DNA of 64,000 nt from Octopus sinensis. Its lineage: Eukaryota. Each line of letters begins with the position of its first letter. The stretch's first letter is position 1. Shown here one piece after another: positions 26,501 to 40,763 of the stretch. Where the stretch lies: positions 32,860,001 to 32,924,000 of the forward strand of contig NC_043000.1 in the NCBI RefSeq assembly GCF_006345805.1, given 5' to 3'. The position numbers and the translations under genes are program-made. The notes below the pieces were generated by a model. The model saw only the letters and a list, made by a program, of their open reading frames with translations. It made no database searches and was not told where the DNA came from.

Positions 26501-29500
26501 ATGAATGTATGTCGCGCTATGTATGGAAAATAAAAATAGTAAGATAAATTTTTAAGAACTTGCTGCGGGCATCGACCGGAGTTGAAATTGAAGAAGAAAG
26601 TAAGTTGAATTGGAATTTAAATTGCAGAATCGTAATGGTAATGGCGATTTTCAAGTTTTAGCATAAGAAGAAGAAGAAGAGGAGAAAAACCGCCGATGGC
26701 GGAAAGATGGGGAAAGATGGGATTACGGCTTGAGGTAGCCTAAGGTTAAATTTCGTAGAGAGAGAGAGATAGGAAAGATAATCAAGTTATGGCGAAGGCT
26801 TGAAAGTAGCCTAAAAGGTTAAATTTTCGTAGTGAGTGAGATGGGTAAGACGAATCAAGTTATCAATGTATGAATAAACGTAGTAACAACGAATGAATGT
26901 ATGTCGCGCTATGTATGGAAAAATAAAATAGTAAGATAAATTTTTAAGAACTTGCTGCGGGCATCGACCGGATTGAAATTGAAGAAGAAAGTAAGTTGAA
27001 TTGGGAATTTAAATTGCAGAATCGTAATGGTAATGGCGATTTTCAAGTTTTAGCATAAGAAGAAGAAGAAGAGGAGGAAAGACCGCCGATGGCGGAAAGA
27101 TGGGGAAAGATGGGATTACGGCTTGAGGTAGCCTAAGGTTAAATTTCGTAGAGAGAGAGATAGGAAAGATAAATCAAGTTATGGCGAAGGCTTGAAAGTA
27201 GCCTAAAAGGTTAAATTTTCGTAGTGAGTGAGATGGGTAAGACGAATCAAGTTATCAATGTATGAATAAACGTAGTAACAACGAATGAATGTATGTCGCG
27301 CTATGTATGGAAAAATAAAAGATAATAATATTTTTAAGAACTTGCTGCGGGCATCGACCGGGAGTTGAAATTGAAGAAGAAAGTAAGTTGAATTGGGAAT
27401 TTAATTGCAGAATCGTAATGGTAATGGCGATTTTCAAGTTTTAGCATAAGAAGAAGAAGAAGAGGAGGAAAGACCGCCGATGGCGGAAAGATGGGGAAAG
27501 ATGGGATTACGGCTTGAGGTAGCCTAAGGTTAAATTTCGTAGAGAGAGAGATAGGAAAGATAAATCAAGTTATGCGAAGGCTTGAAAGTAGCCTAAAAGG
27601 TTAAATTTTCGTAGTGAGTGAGATGGGTAAGACGAATCAAGTTATCAATGTATGAATAACGTAGTAACAACGAATGAATGTATGTCGCGCTATGTATGGA
27701 AAAATAAAAATAGTAAGATAAATTTTTAAGAACTTGCTGCGGGCATCGACCGGGAGTTGAAATTGAAGAAGAAAGTAAGTTGAATTGGGAATTTAAATTG
27801 CAGAATCGTAATGGTAATGGCGATTTTCAAGTTTTAGCATAAGAAGAAGAAGAAGAGGAGGAAAGACCGCCGATGGCGGAAAGATGGGGAAAGATGGGAT
27901 TACGGCTTGAGGTAGCCTAAGGTTAAATTTCGTAGAGAGAGAGATAGGAAAGATAAATCAAGTTATGGCGAAGGCTTGAAAGTAGCCTAAAAGGTTAAAT
28001 TTTCGTAGTGAGTGAGATGGGTAAGACGAATCAAGTTATCAATGTATGAATAACGTAGTAACAACGAATGAATGTATGTCGCGCTATGTATGGAAAAATA
28101 AAAATAGTAAGATAAATTTTTAAGAACTTGCTGCGGGCATCGACCGGGAGTTGAAATTGAAGAAGAAAGTAAGTTGAATTGGGAATTTAAATTGCAGAAT
28201 CGTAATGGTAATGGCGATTTTCAAGTTTTAGCATAAGAAGAAGAAGAAGAGGAGGAAAGACCGCCGATGGCGGAAAGATGGGGAAAGATGGGATTACGGC
28301 TTGAGGTAGCCTAAGGTTAAATTTCGTAGAGAGAGAGATAGGAAAGATAAATCAAGTTATGGCGAAGGCTTGAAAGTAGCCTAAAAGGTTAAATTTTCGT
28401 AGTGAGTGAGATGGGTAAGACGAATCAAGTTATCAATGTATGAATAAACGTAGTAACAACGAATGAATGTATGTCGCGCTATGTATGGAAAAATAAAAAT
28501 AGTAAGATAAATTTTTAAGAACTTGCTGCGGGCATCGACCGGGAGTTGAAATTGAAGAAGAAAGTAAGTTGAATTGGGAATTTAAATTGCAGAATCGTAA
28601 TGGTAATGGCGATTTTCAAGTTTTAGCATAAGAAGAAGAAGAAGAGGAGGAAAGACCGCCGATGGCGGAAAGATGGGGAAAGATGGGATTACGGCTTGAG
28701 GTAGCCTAAGGTTAAATTTCGTAGAGAGAGAGATAGGAAAGATAAATCAAGTTATGGCGAAGGCTTGAAAGTAGCCTAAAAGGTTAAATTTTCGTAGTGA
28801 GTGAGATGGGTAAGACGAATCAAGTTATCAATGTATGAAAAACGTAGTAACAACGAATGAATGTATGTCGCGCTATGTATGGAAAATAAAAATAGTAAGA
28901 TAAATTTTAAGAACTTGCTGCGGGCATCGACCGGAGTTGAAATTGAAGAAGAAAAAGTAAGTTGAATTGGAATTTAAATTGCAGAATCGTAATGGTAATG
29001 GCGATTTTCAAGTTTTAGCATAAGAAGAAGAAGAAGAGGAGGAAAGACCGCCGATGGCGGAAAGATGGGGAAGATGGGATTACGGCTTGAGGTAGCCTAA
29101 GGTTAAATTTCGTAGAGAGAGAGATAGGAAAGATAAATCAAGTTATGGCGAAGGCTTGAAAGTAGCCTAAAAGGTTAAATTTTCGTAGTGAGTGAGATGG
29201 GTAAGACGAATCAAGTTATCAATGTATGAATAAACGTAGTAACAACGAATGAATGTATGTCGCGCTATGTATGGAAAAATAAAATAGTAAGATAAATTTT
29301 TAAGAACTTGCTGCGGGCATCGACCGGGAGTTGAAATTGAAGAAGAAAGTAAGTTGAATTGGGAATTTAAATTGCAGAATCGTAATGGTAATGGCGATTT
29401 TCAAGTTTAGCATAAGAAGAAGAAGAAGAGGAGGAAAGACCGCCGATGGCGGAAAGATGGGGAAAGATGGGATTACGGCTGCTTGAGGTAGCCTAAGGTT

Positions 29501-32128
29501 AAATTTCGTAGAGAGAGAGATAGGAAAGATAAATCAAGTTATGGCGAAGGCTTGAAAGTAGCCTAAAAGGTTAAATTTTCGTAGTGAGTGAGATGGGTAA
29601 GACGAATCAAGTTATCAATGTATGAATAAACGTAGTAACAACGAATGAATGTATGTCGCGCTATGTATGGAAAAATAAAAATAGTAAGATAAATTTTTAA
29701 GAACTTGCTGCGGGCATCGACCGGGAGTTGAAATTGAAGAAGAAAGTAAGTTGAATTGGGAATTTAAATTGCAGAATCGTAATGGTAATGGCGATTTTCA
29801 AGTTTTAGCATAAGAAGAAGAAGAGGAGGAAAGACCGCCGATGGCGGAAAGATGGGGAAAGATGGGATTACGGCTTGAGGTAGCCTAAGGTTAAATTCGT
29901 AGAGAGAGAGATAGGAAAGATAAATCAAGTTATGGCGAAGGCTTGAAAGTAGGCTAAAAGGTTAAATTTTCGTAGTGAGTGAGATGGGTAAGACGAATCA
30001 AGTTATCAATGTATGAATAAACGTAGTAACAACGAATGAATGTATGTCGCGCTATGTATGGAAAAATAAAAATAGTAAGATAAATTTTTAAGAACTTGCT
30101 GCGGGCATCGACCGGGAGTTGAAATTGAAGAAGAAAGTAAGTTGAATTGGGAATTTAAATTGCAGAATCGTAATGGTAATGGCGATTTTCAAGTTTTAGC
30201 ATAAGAAGAAGAAGAAGAGGAGGAAAGACCGCCGATGGCGGAAAGATGGGGAAAGATGGGATTACGGCTTGAGGTAGCCTAAGGTTAAATTTCGTAGAGA
30301 GAGAGAGATAGGAAAGATAAATCAAGTTATGGCGAAGGCTTGAAAGTAGCCTAAAAGGTTAAATTTTCGTAGTGAGTGAGATGGGTAAGACGAATCAAGT
30401 TATCAATGTATGAATAAACGTAGTAACAACGAATGAATGTATGTCGCGCTATGTATGGAAAAATAAAAATAGTAAGATAAATTTTTAAGAACTTGCTGCG
30501 GGCATCGACCGGGGTTGAAATTGAAGAAGAAAGTAAGTTGAATTGGGAATTTAAATTGCAGAATCGTAATGGTAATGGCGATTTTCAAGTTTTAGCATAA
30601 GAAGAAGAAGAAGAGGAGGAAAGACCGCCGATGGCGGAAAGATGGGGAAAGATGGGATTACGGCTTGAGGTAGCCTAAGTTAAATTTCGTAGAGAGAGAG
30701 ATAGGAAATATAAATCAAGTTATGGCGAAGGCTTGAAAGTAGCCTAAAAGGTTAAATTTTCGTAGTGAGTGAGATGGGTAAGACGAATCAAGTTATCAAT
30801 GTATGAATAAACGTAGTAACAACGAATGAATGTATGTCGCGCTATGTATGGAAAAAATAAAATAGTAAGATAAATTTTTAAGAACTTGCTGCGGGCATCG
30901 ACCGGGAGTTGAAATTGAAGAAGAAAGTAAGTTGAATTGGGAATTTAAATTGCAGAATCGTAATGGTAATGGCGATTTTCAAGTTTTATCATAAGAAGAA
31001 GAAGAAAGGAGGAAAGACCGCCGATGGCGGAAAGATGGGGAAAGATGGGATTACGGCTTGAGGTAGCCTAAGGTTAAATTTCGTAGAGAGAGAGATAGGA
31101 AAGATAAATCAAGTTATGGCGAAGGCTTGAAAGTAGCCTAAAAGGTTAAATTTTCGTAGTGAGTGAGATGGGTAAGACGAATCAAGTTATCAATGTATGA
31201 ATAAACGTAGTAACAACGAATGATGTATGTCGCGCTATGTATGGAAAAATAAAAATAGTAAGATAAATTTTAAGAACTTGCTGCGGGCATCGACCGGGAG
31301 TTGAAATTGAAGAAGAAAGTAAGTTGAATTGGGAATTTAAATTGCAGAATCGTAATGGTAATGGCGATTTTCAAGTTTTAGCATAAGAAGAAGAAGAAGA
31401 GGAGGAAGACCGCCGATGGCGGAAAGATGGGGAAAGATGGGATTACGGCTTGAGGTAGCCTAAGGTTAAATTTCGTAGAGAGAGAGAGATAGGAAAGATA
31501 AATCAAGTTATGGCGAAGGCTTGAAAGTAGCCTAAAAGGTTAAATTTTCGTAGTGAGTGAGATGGGTAAGACGAATCAAGTTATCAATGTATGAATAAAC
31601 GTAGTAACAACGAATGAATGTATGTCGCGCTATGTATGGAAAAATAAAAATAGTAAGATAAATTTTTAAGAACTTGCTGCGGGCATCGACCGGGAGTTGA
31701 AATTGAAGAAGAAAGTAAGTTGAATTGGGAATTTAAATTGCAGAATCGTAATGGTAATGGCGATTTTCAAGTTTTAGCATAAGAGAGAAGAAGAGGAGAA
31801 AGACCGCCGATGGCGGAAAGATGGGGAAAGATGGGATTACGGCTTGAGGTAGCCTAAGGTTAAATTTCGTAGAGAGAGAGATAGGAAAGATAAATCAAGT
31901 TATGGCGAAGGCTTGAAAGTAGCCTAAAAGGTTAAATTTTCGTAGTGAGTGAGATGGGTAAGACGAATCAAGTTATCAATGTATGAATAAACGTAGTACA
32001 ACAACGAATGATATGTCGCGCTATGTATGGAAAAATAAAAATAGTAAGATAAATTTTTAAGAACTTGCTGCGGGCATCGACCGGGAGTTGAAATTGAAGA
32101 AGAAAGTAAGTTGAATTGGGAATTTAAA
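23570..32128. repeat. Tandem array of ~394-bp units (22 unit starts, last one partial)
   Basis: CCGCCGATGGCGG recurs at 23571, 23964 ... 31804 (mean period 392 bp); units differ almost only by 1-2-nt indels. Confidence 0.98.
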
Positions 32129-32299
32129 CAAACTAATAGAATAAGTACTGGGCTTAGAAATAAGTCTTGGAGTAGATTTGTTCGGGTAAAACCTTCTAAA
32201 GGCAGTGCTCCAGCATGGCCACAATCAAATGACTGAAACAGGATAAAAATTAAAGAATTTATATATATATATATATTATATATATATATATATATATTA

Positions 32300-32333
<34 letters not shown>

Positions 32334-32980
32334 GGCGCAGGAGTGGCTGTGTGCTAAGAAGCTTGCTTCCCAATCAGATGGTTCTGGGTTCAGTCCCACT
32401 ACGTGACACCTTGGGCAAGTGCCTTCTACCCTAGCCTTGGGCTGACCAAAAATTTGTGAGTGGATTTGGTAGACAGAAACTGAAAGAAGCCCATTGTGTG
32501 TGTGTATGTATGTACGTATATATATATATATAGACAAAAGACGAAGGCAGGTGGAAAACAAACAAACAATTGTATTAGTATGGCGCTCAATATATATATA
32601 GTTGAAATTTACATATATCTATATTTATATGTGTATTTATGTATGTGTGTCTCTGTCTGAGTTTGCCCACCACCATTGCTTGACAACCGATGTTGGTGTG
32701 TTTATGTCCCTGTAACTTAGCAGTTCGGCAAAAGAGTGCAATGCACACACACACATACATATCTATATATATATATACATTCACACACATGTATATACAC
32801 ATGCACACTGACGCACACAAACAAAAAGAATGCAGCTCTGATAACGGACAGAGTCAACGACTATTGAAGAGGTTGCAAGGCACAATGAAAATTTTGGGAA
32901 AATAAGTAAATGAGTGGAAACTGAACAAGTGGGTGTGTTAAGTAATAAGGCACTAAAAGAGAATGACCCTTCCCAGACAC

Positions 32981-33018
<38 letters not shown>

Positions 33019-33292
33019 TACACACTTTATTAATAAAGCTGCAGAGGCATCACAAAAACTGTTACACAGAGTTTCATGTTTCCATTTGTCAGACAGTTTT
33101 GGTTGAGAGCTGGACCACTGAGATCTTCAAGCTTTTTTCATTCTCTCTGTTTAGTTTCTCTTATTCCTTTCTGTTCACTTTTCCATTTTTCTTGAACTTC
33201 AAACTAACACACTTGCTTGTTGTTTCTACACCTGTCTTTGTCTTTTCTTTTTCTATAAATTTCAACTATACATGTGTGTGTGTGTGCATATA

Positions 33293-35107
33293 TATATCAT
33301 CATCATCGTTTAATATCTGCATTCCATGCTAGCATGGGTTGGACGATTTGACTGAGGACTGGCGAACCAGATGGCTGCATCAGGCTCCAATCTTGATTTG
33401 GCACAGTTTCTACAGCTGGATGCCCTTCCTAATGCCAACCACTCTGAGAGTGTAGTGGGTGCTTTTATGTGCCACCGGCACGAGGGCCAGTCAGGTGGCA
33501 CAAGTGCCAGTAAGGTGACGTTGGTAACAATCACGCTCAAATAGTGCTTTTTACGTGCCACCAGCACAAATGCCAGTTAGCTGCTCTGGCAATGATCATG
33601 CTCGAATGGTGCTCTTACTGCTCCACTAGCACACGGATGCCAGCCATCAAATTTGATTTCGATTTCACTTGCCTCAACAGGTCTTCGCAAGCAGTGTCCA
33701 ATGAAGGGAAGGTACGCGTAGGTGGGCTGGTTACACCCCTGGCATAGGCCACAAAGTTATGGTCTCACTTGGCTTGCCGAGTCTTCTAAAGCACAGCATA
33801 TTTCCAAAAGTCTTGGTCACTGGTCATTGCCTCGGTGAGGTCTAATGCTCGAAGGTCGTGCTTCACCACTTCATCCCAGGTCTTCCTGGGTCTACCTCTT
33901 CTACAGGTTCCCTCAACCACTAGGGTGTGGTACTTTTTCACACAGCTATCCTCATCCATTCTTGCCACATGACCATACCAGCACAGTCGTCTCTCTTGCA
34001 CACCACATCTGATACTTCTTAGGTCCAACTTTTCTCGCAAGGTACTTACACTCTGTCATACATGCACGCTGACATTACACATCAATCAGATCATACTGGC
34101 TTTATTCCTTGCAAGCTTACGCATGTCCTCAGCAGTCACAGAGCACATTTCACTGCCATGTAGCATGGCTGTTCGTACACATGTGTCATACAGTCTACCT
34201 TGTTCTCTGAGCGAGAGGCCCTTTGTCACCAGCAGAGGTAAGAGCTCTCTGAACTTTGCCCAGGCTATTCTTATTCTAGCAGCTACACTTTCAGTGCACC
34301 CTCCCCGCTACTGACTTGGTCACCTAGGTAATGGAAGCTATCAACTACTTCTAGTTTTTCTCCCTGGAATGTGGCAGAAGTTGTTCTCTGCACATTTTCA
34401 GTGTTTATTGCGCCTGAGCATTTGCCACATACAAAAACTATCTTCCCAGTTAGCCTTCCTTTGATATTGCTGAACCTTTTATGTGTCCATAGCTTACACT
34501 GGGTACATCTTATAGAGTTTCTACCTATGCCTCTATTACAGATTGAGCAGGGCCATCTACCTGAAGGGATTTGTGGTTTGACTGCCTTCCTACTTATTAG
34601 GACTTTGGTTTTAGCTAGGTTGACTCTAAGGCCCTTTGATTCTAATCCTTGTTTCACACCTGAAACTTTTCCTCTAGTTCTGATAGTGACTCAGCAATTA
34701 GAGCAAGGTCGTTAGCATAGGGGAGCTCCCAGGGGCATCCTGTCTTGAATTCCTCTGTTATTGCCTGGAGGACTATGATAAATAGGAGGGGGCTAAGGAC
34801 TGAACCTTGGTGGACCCCTACCTCCACCCGAAATTCTTCACTGTACTTGTTGCCAACTCTCACCTTACTGACAGTGTCCTTGTATATGGCTTGCACAGCT
34901 CTCACTAAACATTCATTTATCCCTAGTTTCCTCATTGACCACCAGATAAGGGATTGGGGTATCCTGTCAAAGGCTTTCTCCATGTCAATGAAAGCCAGGT
35001 ACAGGGGCTTATCTTTGGCCAGGTATTTCTCCTGCAGCTGTCTTACCAGAAATATAGCATCAGTGGTGCTTTTCCCTGGCATAAACCCAAACTGCATCTC
35101 ATCTAAA
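33293..35107 (-). mobile_element. 5'-truncated RTE LINE (RT and C-terminus), inactive
   Basis: DEMQFGFMPGKSTTDAIFLVRQLQEK, VGVHQGSVLSP, catalytic YADD changed to YAND, (GAT)n tail. Confidence 0.93.
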
Positions 35108-35110
35108 CCG

Positions 35111-35141
<31 letters not shown>

Positions 35142-35726
35142 TAAACATGTAACTATATATACATACATATGTATATGTACATAAACACGTAAATAAACAG
35201 TGTTGGCTGAGAATATATATCGTCATCGTTTAACCTCAGCTTTCCATGCTGGCATGGGTTGGGCAGTTTGACTGAAGTTGGAAAGCCAGCAGCTGCACCA
35301 GGTTCCGATCTGATCTGGTAATATTTCTACAGCTAGATGCCCTTCCTAATGCCAACTACTCTGTGACTGTAGTGGGTGCTTTTTATGTGCCACCGGCACA
35401 GGAGACAGCCCTGGCATTGATCATGTTCAGATAGTGCATTTTATGTGCCACCAGCTCAGGAGCCAGTCAGAGGGCACTGGCATCAACTACATTCGGATGG
35501 TGCTTTTTATGTGCCACTGGCGTGGGAGCCAGTCAAGAGGCACTGGCATTAACAATGTTTGGTTGGTGCATTTTATGTGCCACCGGCACACGAGTCAGTC
35601 AGGAAGCACTGGCCACAGCTACAATTTTGGTTTTACTTGACTCAACACGTCTTCTCAAGCATATCATATCGCCCGACACATCAAGGGTACTTTTAAATAG
35701 GCCGGACATGCAACACTGGCATCGGC

Positions 35727-35765
<39 letters not shown>

Positions 35766-36359
35766 TACTGGATAGCATTATTCTTCAGCTAATGTCAGAT
35801 AAACCGTATTACCACCATCACATTTTGATTGTTAAAAACATAAACCAAGGCAGTCCTCCTGTTTTGCTGGTAAGGCATTAGCTTTGATGTTTGTGGCTTC
35901 TGTTTGTGTGTTTGTCTTGATGGTTTGATGTGTGTATATTTGTTTGTTGCAATGCCCCCTTTTCAGAGATGATTAATTTCCAACAGGCATACACACACCC
36001 ATATATTCAAACAATTTGATGTATGTATGTCTCAAAGTCTATTGGAACGTATAAGCACGTAGGTTTGTTGACACTTGTATATATGTGTGTTATTTATTCA
36101 AAATAAATAATGCAGAATTCTTTTTTATTTGATTTGTAAGATGTGTATTCTTTCATTGCGTCTTTGTGGATTTCTGTGTTTCAATGGTTTGGTCTCTGTT
36201 GTAGCATATATATATATGTGTGTGTGTCTGTTAAAAAGGCTGGACGGAAGGAAATGTGGGAATTTATCTAAAAGAAAAAGAAAAATTCTTTCTTTTGTAA
36301 GTTTTTGAAAACAAGTTATTTTCAGAGCAAATAAAACCAATTTATGTATGTTTGTTTAT

Positions 36360-37620
36360 TTGATAAAAAGTCAGGGAATTGTTATGAAGGGTGGGGTCAC
36401 CCTGACATTATTCATAATTGGGGTGCGAAATATTATTTGAAGAAGAGAGAAATGTGTTTTGTTTGGATGTTGCTCTTCACTGTTACCCAGCAAAACTGAA
36501 GCTACCCTGAGTCTATTGTGGAAGAGTACAAGGTTGGGAAAGAACAGTTCTTGTGTATGTTTGAGGATTGCAGAGATAAGGACACAAGACCAATCCAACT
36601 CTGCCTGAGAACTGGCAGAAAACGGAAGATTCAGGAGGCAGCAGGTGTCAGAGAAAGTCTTGAGGTCAGGGAAATAAGAGGATACACTCAGGCCAATAGG
36701 CAGTGACTAGGCTCAATGGAAAAGGGAAATGAAAGAGGGACCTGGTAATACAAGTGAACAGGGAAGAGGAAACCAAAATAATCTTGAAGATAATCCAGTA
36801 GAACTAGTGGATGGCCTAGAAGAGTGCACTTCAAAGAAATCTCAGCTGAAATGAAATATGGCTCCTATTGGGAGGTTTTACACAGATCCTCAGATTTTTG
36901 TATGACCTCCTACCTTTGAATACAAACTGAAGTGGGAGAAATTAGATAACCCTGCATGTCCCCTCAGTCAAGGCAAACAAACAACAGAATATGCCATGAG
37001 CTGATGCTAACCCAAAGGAAGTACTCATGGAGGCACAATCAAGTACTTAAAGAGATCTTATATGCGATTTGTATTGTGAGAGAGAAGACGAAATCACTAG
37101 AAACTCCATCAATATTCTATATGGGAGGGGCAAAAGATTGTGGGTTGGAAGAGCTTTACTAATTTTGTCATAGACACTGGTTCTACTGAATGGAATGGAT
37201 AACTGGAGAATCACAGCAGAAATTGAAAATCACCCAGACATCATCAATAAGACTGGTACAAGACCAAATACTGTGCCCACCTTATTTTCATCAAAACAAA
37301 CGACTCTGATTGAGCTCACTGTGCCATATGAAAGCAGAATGGAGAAGACCCAATTCTACAAGAATGAATAATAAAGCAATTTAGCCATCAAACTAGGAGA
37401 ATCAAGCTTCCAAGCCAAACTCCTTGCCATAGAGATAGTAGTGATGGGATTTGCAGGTAAATCTGCCAACAATTTTGTGTAATGACTGAATTTCTGGGGG
37501 AAGGGGGAGGGGAAGCAGCAGCACTGTTAAGGCATTATCAGGAACAGATGAGAAGAATTCCATTTGGATCAAAGAAGGATGGAAGTGAATTTCGATAGGC
37601 ATAATTTACACAATGGTTAA
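36360..37620 (+). mobile_element. Hero-like (R2 superfamily) non-LTR element, degraded C-terminal part
   Basis: KLKLP/SIVEEYKVGK, LRTGRK, LTQRKYSWRHNQVL, HPDII..TRPN..LIELTVPYESRME..IEIVVMGFAGKS. Confidence 0.8.
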
Positions 37621-39006
37621 TTGGTTTCTTAGACTGAACTGGTTAGGATAGCCAAGGTGCCATTAGCTCTGGGGTACCTTGACCACCTGGGAAAATACAG
37701 GTTGCAAGCAAACAGTAGCACAGAATGTGACAGCAGAGTAGGATCCAGAGTCATGCCCTAGATGTAGCCAAACCCTTTGAGAGTGTAAGGAGTTAAGGAC
37801 CAAAACACTGGTATGAGATGAGGCAGGGAAGATGGTGGTAGTGGTGGGGCTTTCTTCTCTCAGGACCTGTTGTTCAGTTCTCCCTAGTATTTCTTACTGC
37901 CATTCCTTTATATTCCGAGTTCCCAATCAGGCTGAGATCAGCTTGGTTAACCTTTTGGAACTGACAAAATAAATATCAGCATACAATACCATTCGAGCGT
38001 GATTGTTACCGCATCGCCTTACTAGCACTTGTGCTGGTGGCATGTGAAACATTCAAGTAAGGTCATCGCCAGTGCTGCTGGACTGGCTCCTGTGCAGGTG
38101 GCACATAAAAAGCACCATTTGGGTGTGGCTGTTGCCAGCACCACCAAACTGGCCCTCGTGTCTGTGGAACGTAAAAAGCACCCACTACACCCTCGGAGTG
38201 GTTGGTGATAGGAAGGGCATCCATCTGTAGAAACTTTGCCAGATCAGATTGGAGTCTGGCTCACTAGCCCTCAGTCAAAATCATCCAACCCATGCTAGCA
38301 TGGAAAGCGGAAGTTAAATGATGATGAGGATAGATTGCATTGACTCATACCTTTCCCCAGAATGTTTGGCTTTGTTTTTCCTTTCTTCCAATTATTACTG
38401 AGAGAAATGGCAGTGCTGAGGTCTTCTTTCAGAGACTCCAAGGATGAAGGAAAGAACTCATTCTCAGACTAGGGATCCACCAGACCTGAATCCTTGCAAC
38501 AGAGCAACTGATACAGTCTAAAGATAAACAGAAACAACTCCAATAAAGAACTGTAAAACTTACTTTCAGACGTTATCTATTCACTCAGCAGACAACCAAT
38601 AAATACAATGGCCTTTTGCACAAAAACATTATTTTAATCCAATAAACTCCATTCTACTTCCACCTAAACAACTAGGAAAATACACTTCATTGACACACGA
38701 TTTGTTAACCTCATTTCTATTCTCGGCTCATAATCATATTTTTCATGTAAGTCTTCTCTAATGCCATTGGCACTTTATGTCTTTTGATAATTTTTTATAC
38801 ATACATCATGAGATTACGTGTATATATATATATATATATATATAGTTTTATATATATATATATTGTTTTATATATATATATATATATAGTTTTATATATA
38901 TATATTGTTTTATATATATAAATAAATATATGTGTGTATATATATATATATAGTTTTATATATATATATTGTTTTATATATATAAATATATGTGTGTGTA
39001 TATATA

Positions 39007-39048
<42 letters not shown>

Positions 39049-39330
39049 TTATATATATAAATAAATATAAAAAAGTGTGTTACTGTATGGGAGATTCTTA
39101 TGGTAGTAGAAAAGGAATTTTTAACTCCTATTTCTAATTCGGTATGTGGTGAAGCAATTAGCTGACCCCTAATTCCAATTATGCTTATAATTATAGAATA
39201 TTTGTATAATTTTACCTGAAAAGGTTATTTTAACGTACCGACCTACTTGGTAAAATTATTAATTAATTGATTAATTAACTAATTAATTTTACCCTTTTAT
39301 TATTAATATATAAATAAATATGTATATATC

Positions 39331-39361
<31 letters not shown>

Positions 39362-39460
39362 ATGTATTTAAGTATGTATATAAATATAAGTATATATATA
39401 TGTATGTAAATGTATGTATGTCTATAAATATGTGTATATATATAAATATAGGTATGTGTG

Positions 39461-39492
<32 letters not shown>

Positions 39493-39524
39493 AATATATG
39501 TGTGTGTATGTATGTGTGTGTGTG

Positions 39525-39559
<35 letters not shown>

Positions 39560-40149
39560 AACATATCAGTGATCTCAGTGCACTGCCACCACCACCACCA
39601 CCATTATCTTTTATGATTTTAATTCTTAATATCAAGGGTGGGGGTGTAACAAAAACAGATTATATTCAGACTTACCCATTTTTTTGCACCCATTGACATA
39701 AGACACACATATTTGAATGCATGCAGGTGTGTGGGTGGTGTTGTTGCTGTATAGCCCCGGGCCATCTGTGATACAGCAGACATATGACAGCCAGCCAGAT
39801 GTCTGTGTGGTGACCCATAGGTGTATTTGCCCCAGATACACCATGCCTTTAGCAAAGGTCCTATGTCCTCTCACCTGCAGATATTAAAGGTATTGATGTG
39901 CAGAGTGACAGTCTGAACTTGGCTGTACACTTTGTAATGTGTATAGATTCTGGTGGTGATCTCAGTAGGGGTGGGCAAGGTGGACTCAAATTACAACAGT
40001 TACATCTTCTCGGCACTTACTAATGCTCACATGTTTGGGGCACAAAGTATCTATCGAGGTTGCATTTTAACCCTTTAGCATTCAGATTGCTTAATTTAAT
40101 GCTTATCTATAGACATTGTATTCTAGCTTCAAGATTTTACTGGGGATTG

Positions 40150-40505
40150 AACACTGGAACCAGCACATTACCACATGCCAGCACCTGCAATCCTGGCATC
40201 CAATTCAGCCTTCTGCTTCTTACCACTCATGAATACAGCCCCAAGATACTCCAACTTCTCCACTTGTCTCAAAGTTGTTCCACTAACATGCAGAGTGCCC
40301 TGAGATTAGTTTCTTGAGAGGACCAATGTCTCAGTCTTTGCAACATTCATTCTTGTCCATTTTGTAGCATTTGATAGCAAACTGATTCGGCTGCATCCTG
40401 GAGATCTCCTTCTGATGAGTGAAGTAGCACCATGTCATCAGCAAATATCAGCCGACTGATTCCACGCCCACCAATTGTGAAATCACTTTCACAATGTCTG
40501 CATAT
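40150..40505 (-). mobile_element. RTE-type reverse transcriptase fragment
   Basis: ISRLIFADDMVLL..MNVAKTETLVL..VEKLEYLG..ELDARIA. Confidence 0.75.
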
Positions 40506-40543
40506 GTATAAGAATTATGAAACAATTATGATAATTATCTTAA

Positions 40544-40763
40544 CCCTTTCGTTACCAACCTGGCTGAAACTGGCTCTGGCTTTGAGTACTAATGTCTTGT
40601 TTTCATAAGGTTTGAATTAAAATCTTCCACCAAACCTTAGTCACAATTTATGTTCCTAACACTAGCTTAATGATAACCAAGTAATTTTACTAAATTCTTT
40701 GTTATATTTAAAGTAATTGAAAGAAACACAGAGCATCTCAAAATAAATACAGTAACGAAAGGG
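40544..40763. mobile_element. piggyBac-type MITE (220 bp)
   Basis: Perfect TIR CCCTTTCGTTAC / GTAACGAAAGGG with TTAA on both sides. Confidence 0.88.

Noticed and set aside
23570-32128. CRISPR array, or spliced-leader/snRNA gene array (TTGAG|GTAGCC in a hairpin followed by AAATTTCG)
   Set aside because: There are no unique spacers and the DNA is eukaryotic. The Sm-like site lacks the canonical AU4-6G, and no recognisable snRNA, 5S or SL structure was seen; a covariance-model search would be needed to revive the idea.
32835-32880. Possible hammerhead CTGATAA-GGAC-AGA-GTC
   Set aside because: G8 is mutated, there is no GAAA after stem II, and no UH site in register
38820-39560. Long Y/I/C/V-rich ORFs here and at 9741-10616, 12641-13112 and 2095-2487
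   Set aside because: Translations of (TA)n, (CA)n, (GA)n and (GTT)n microsatellites
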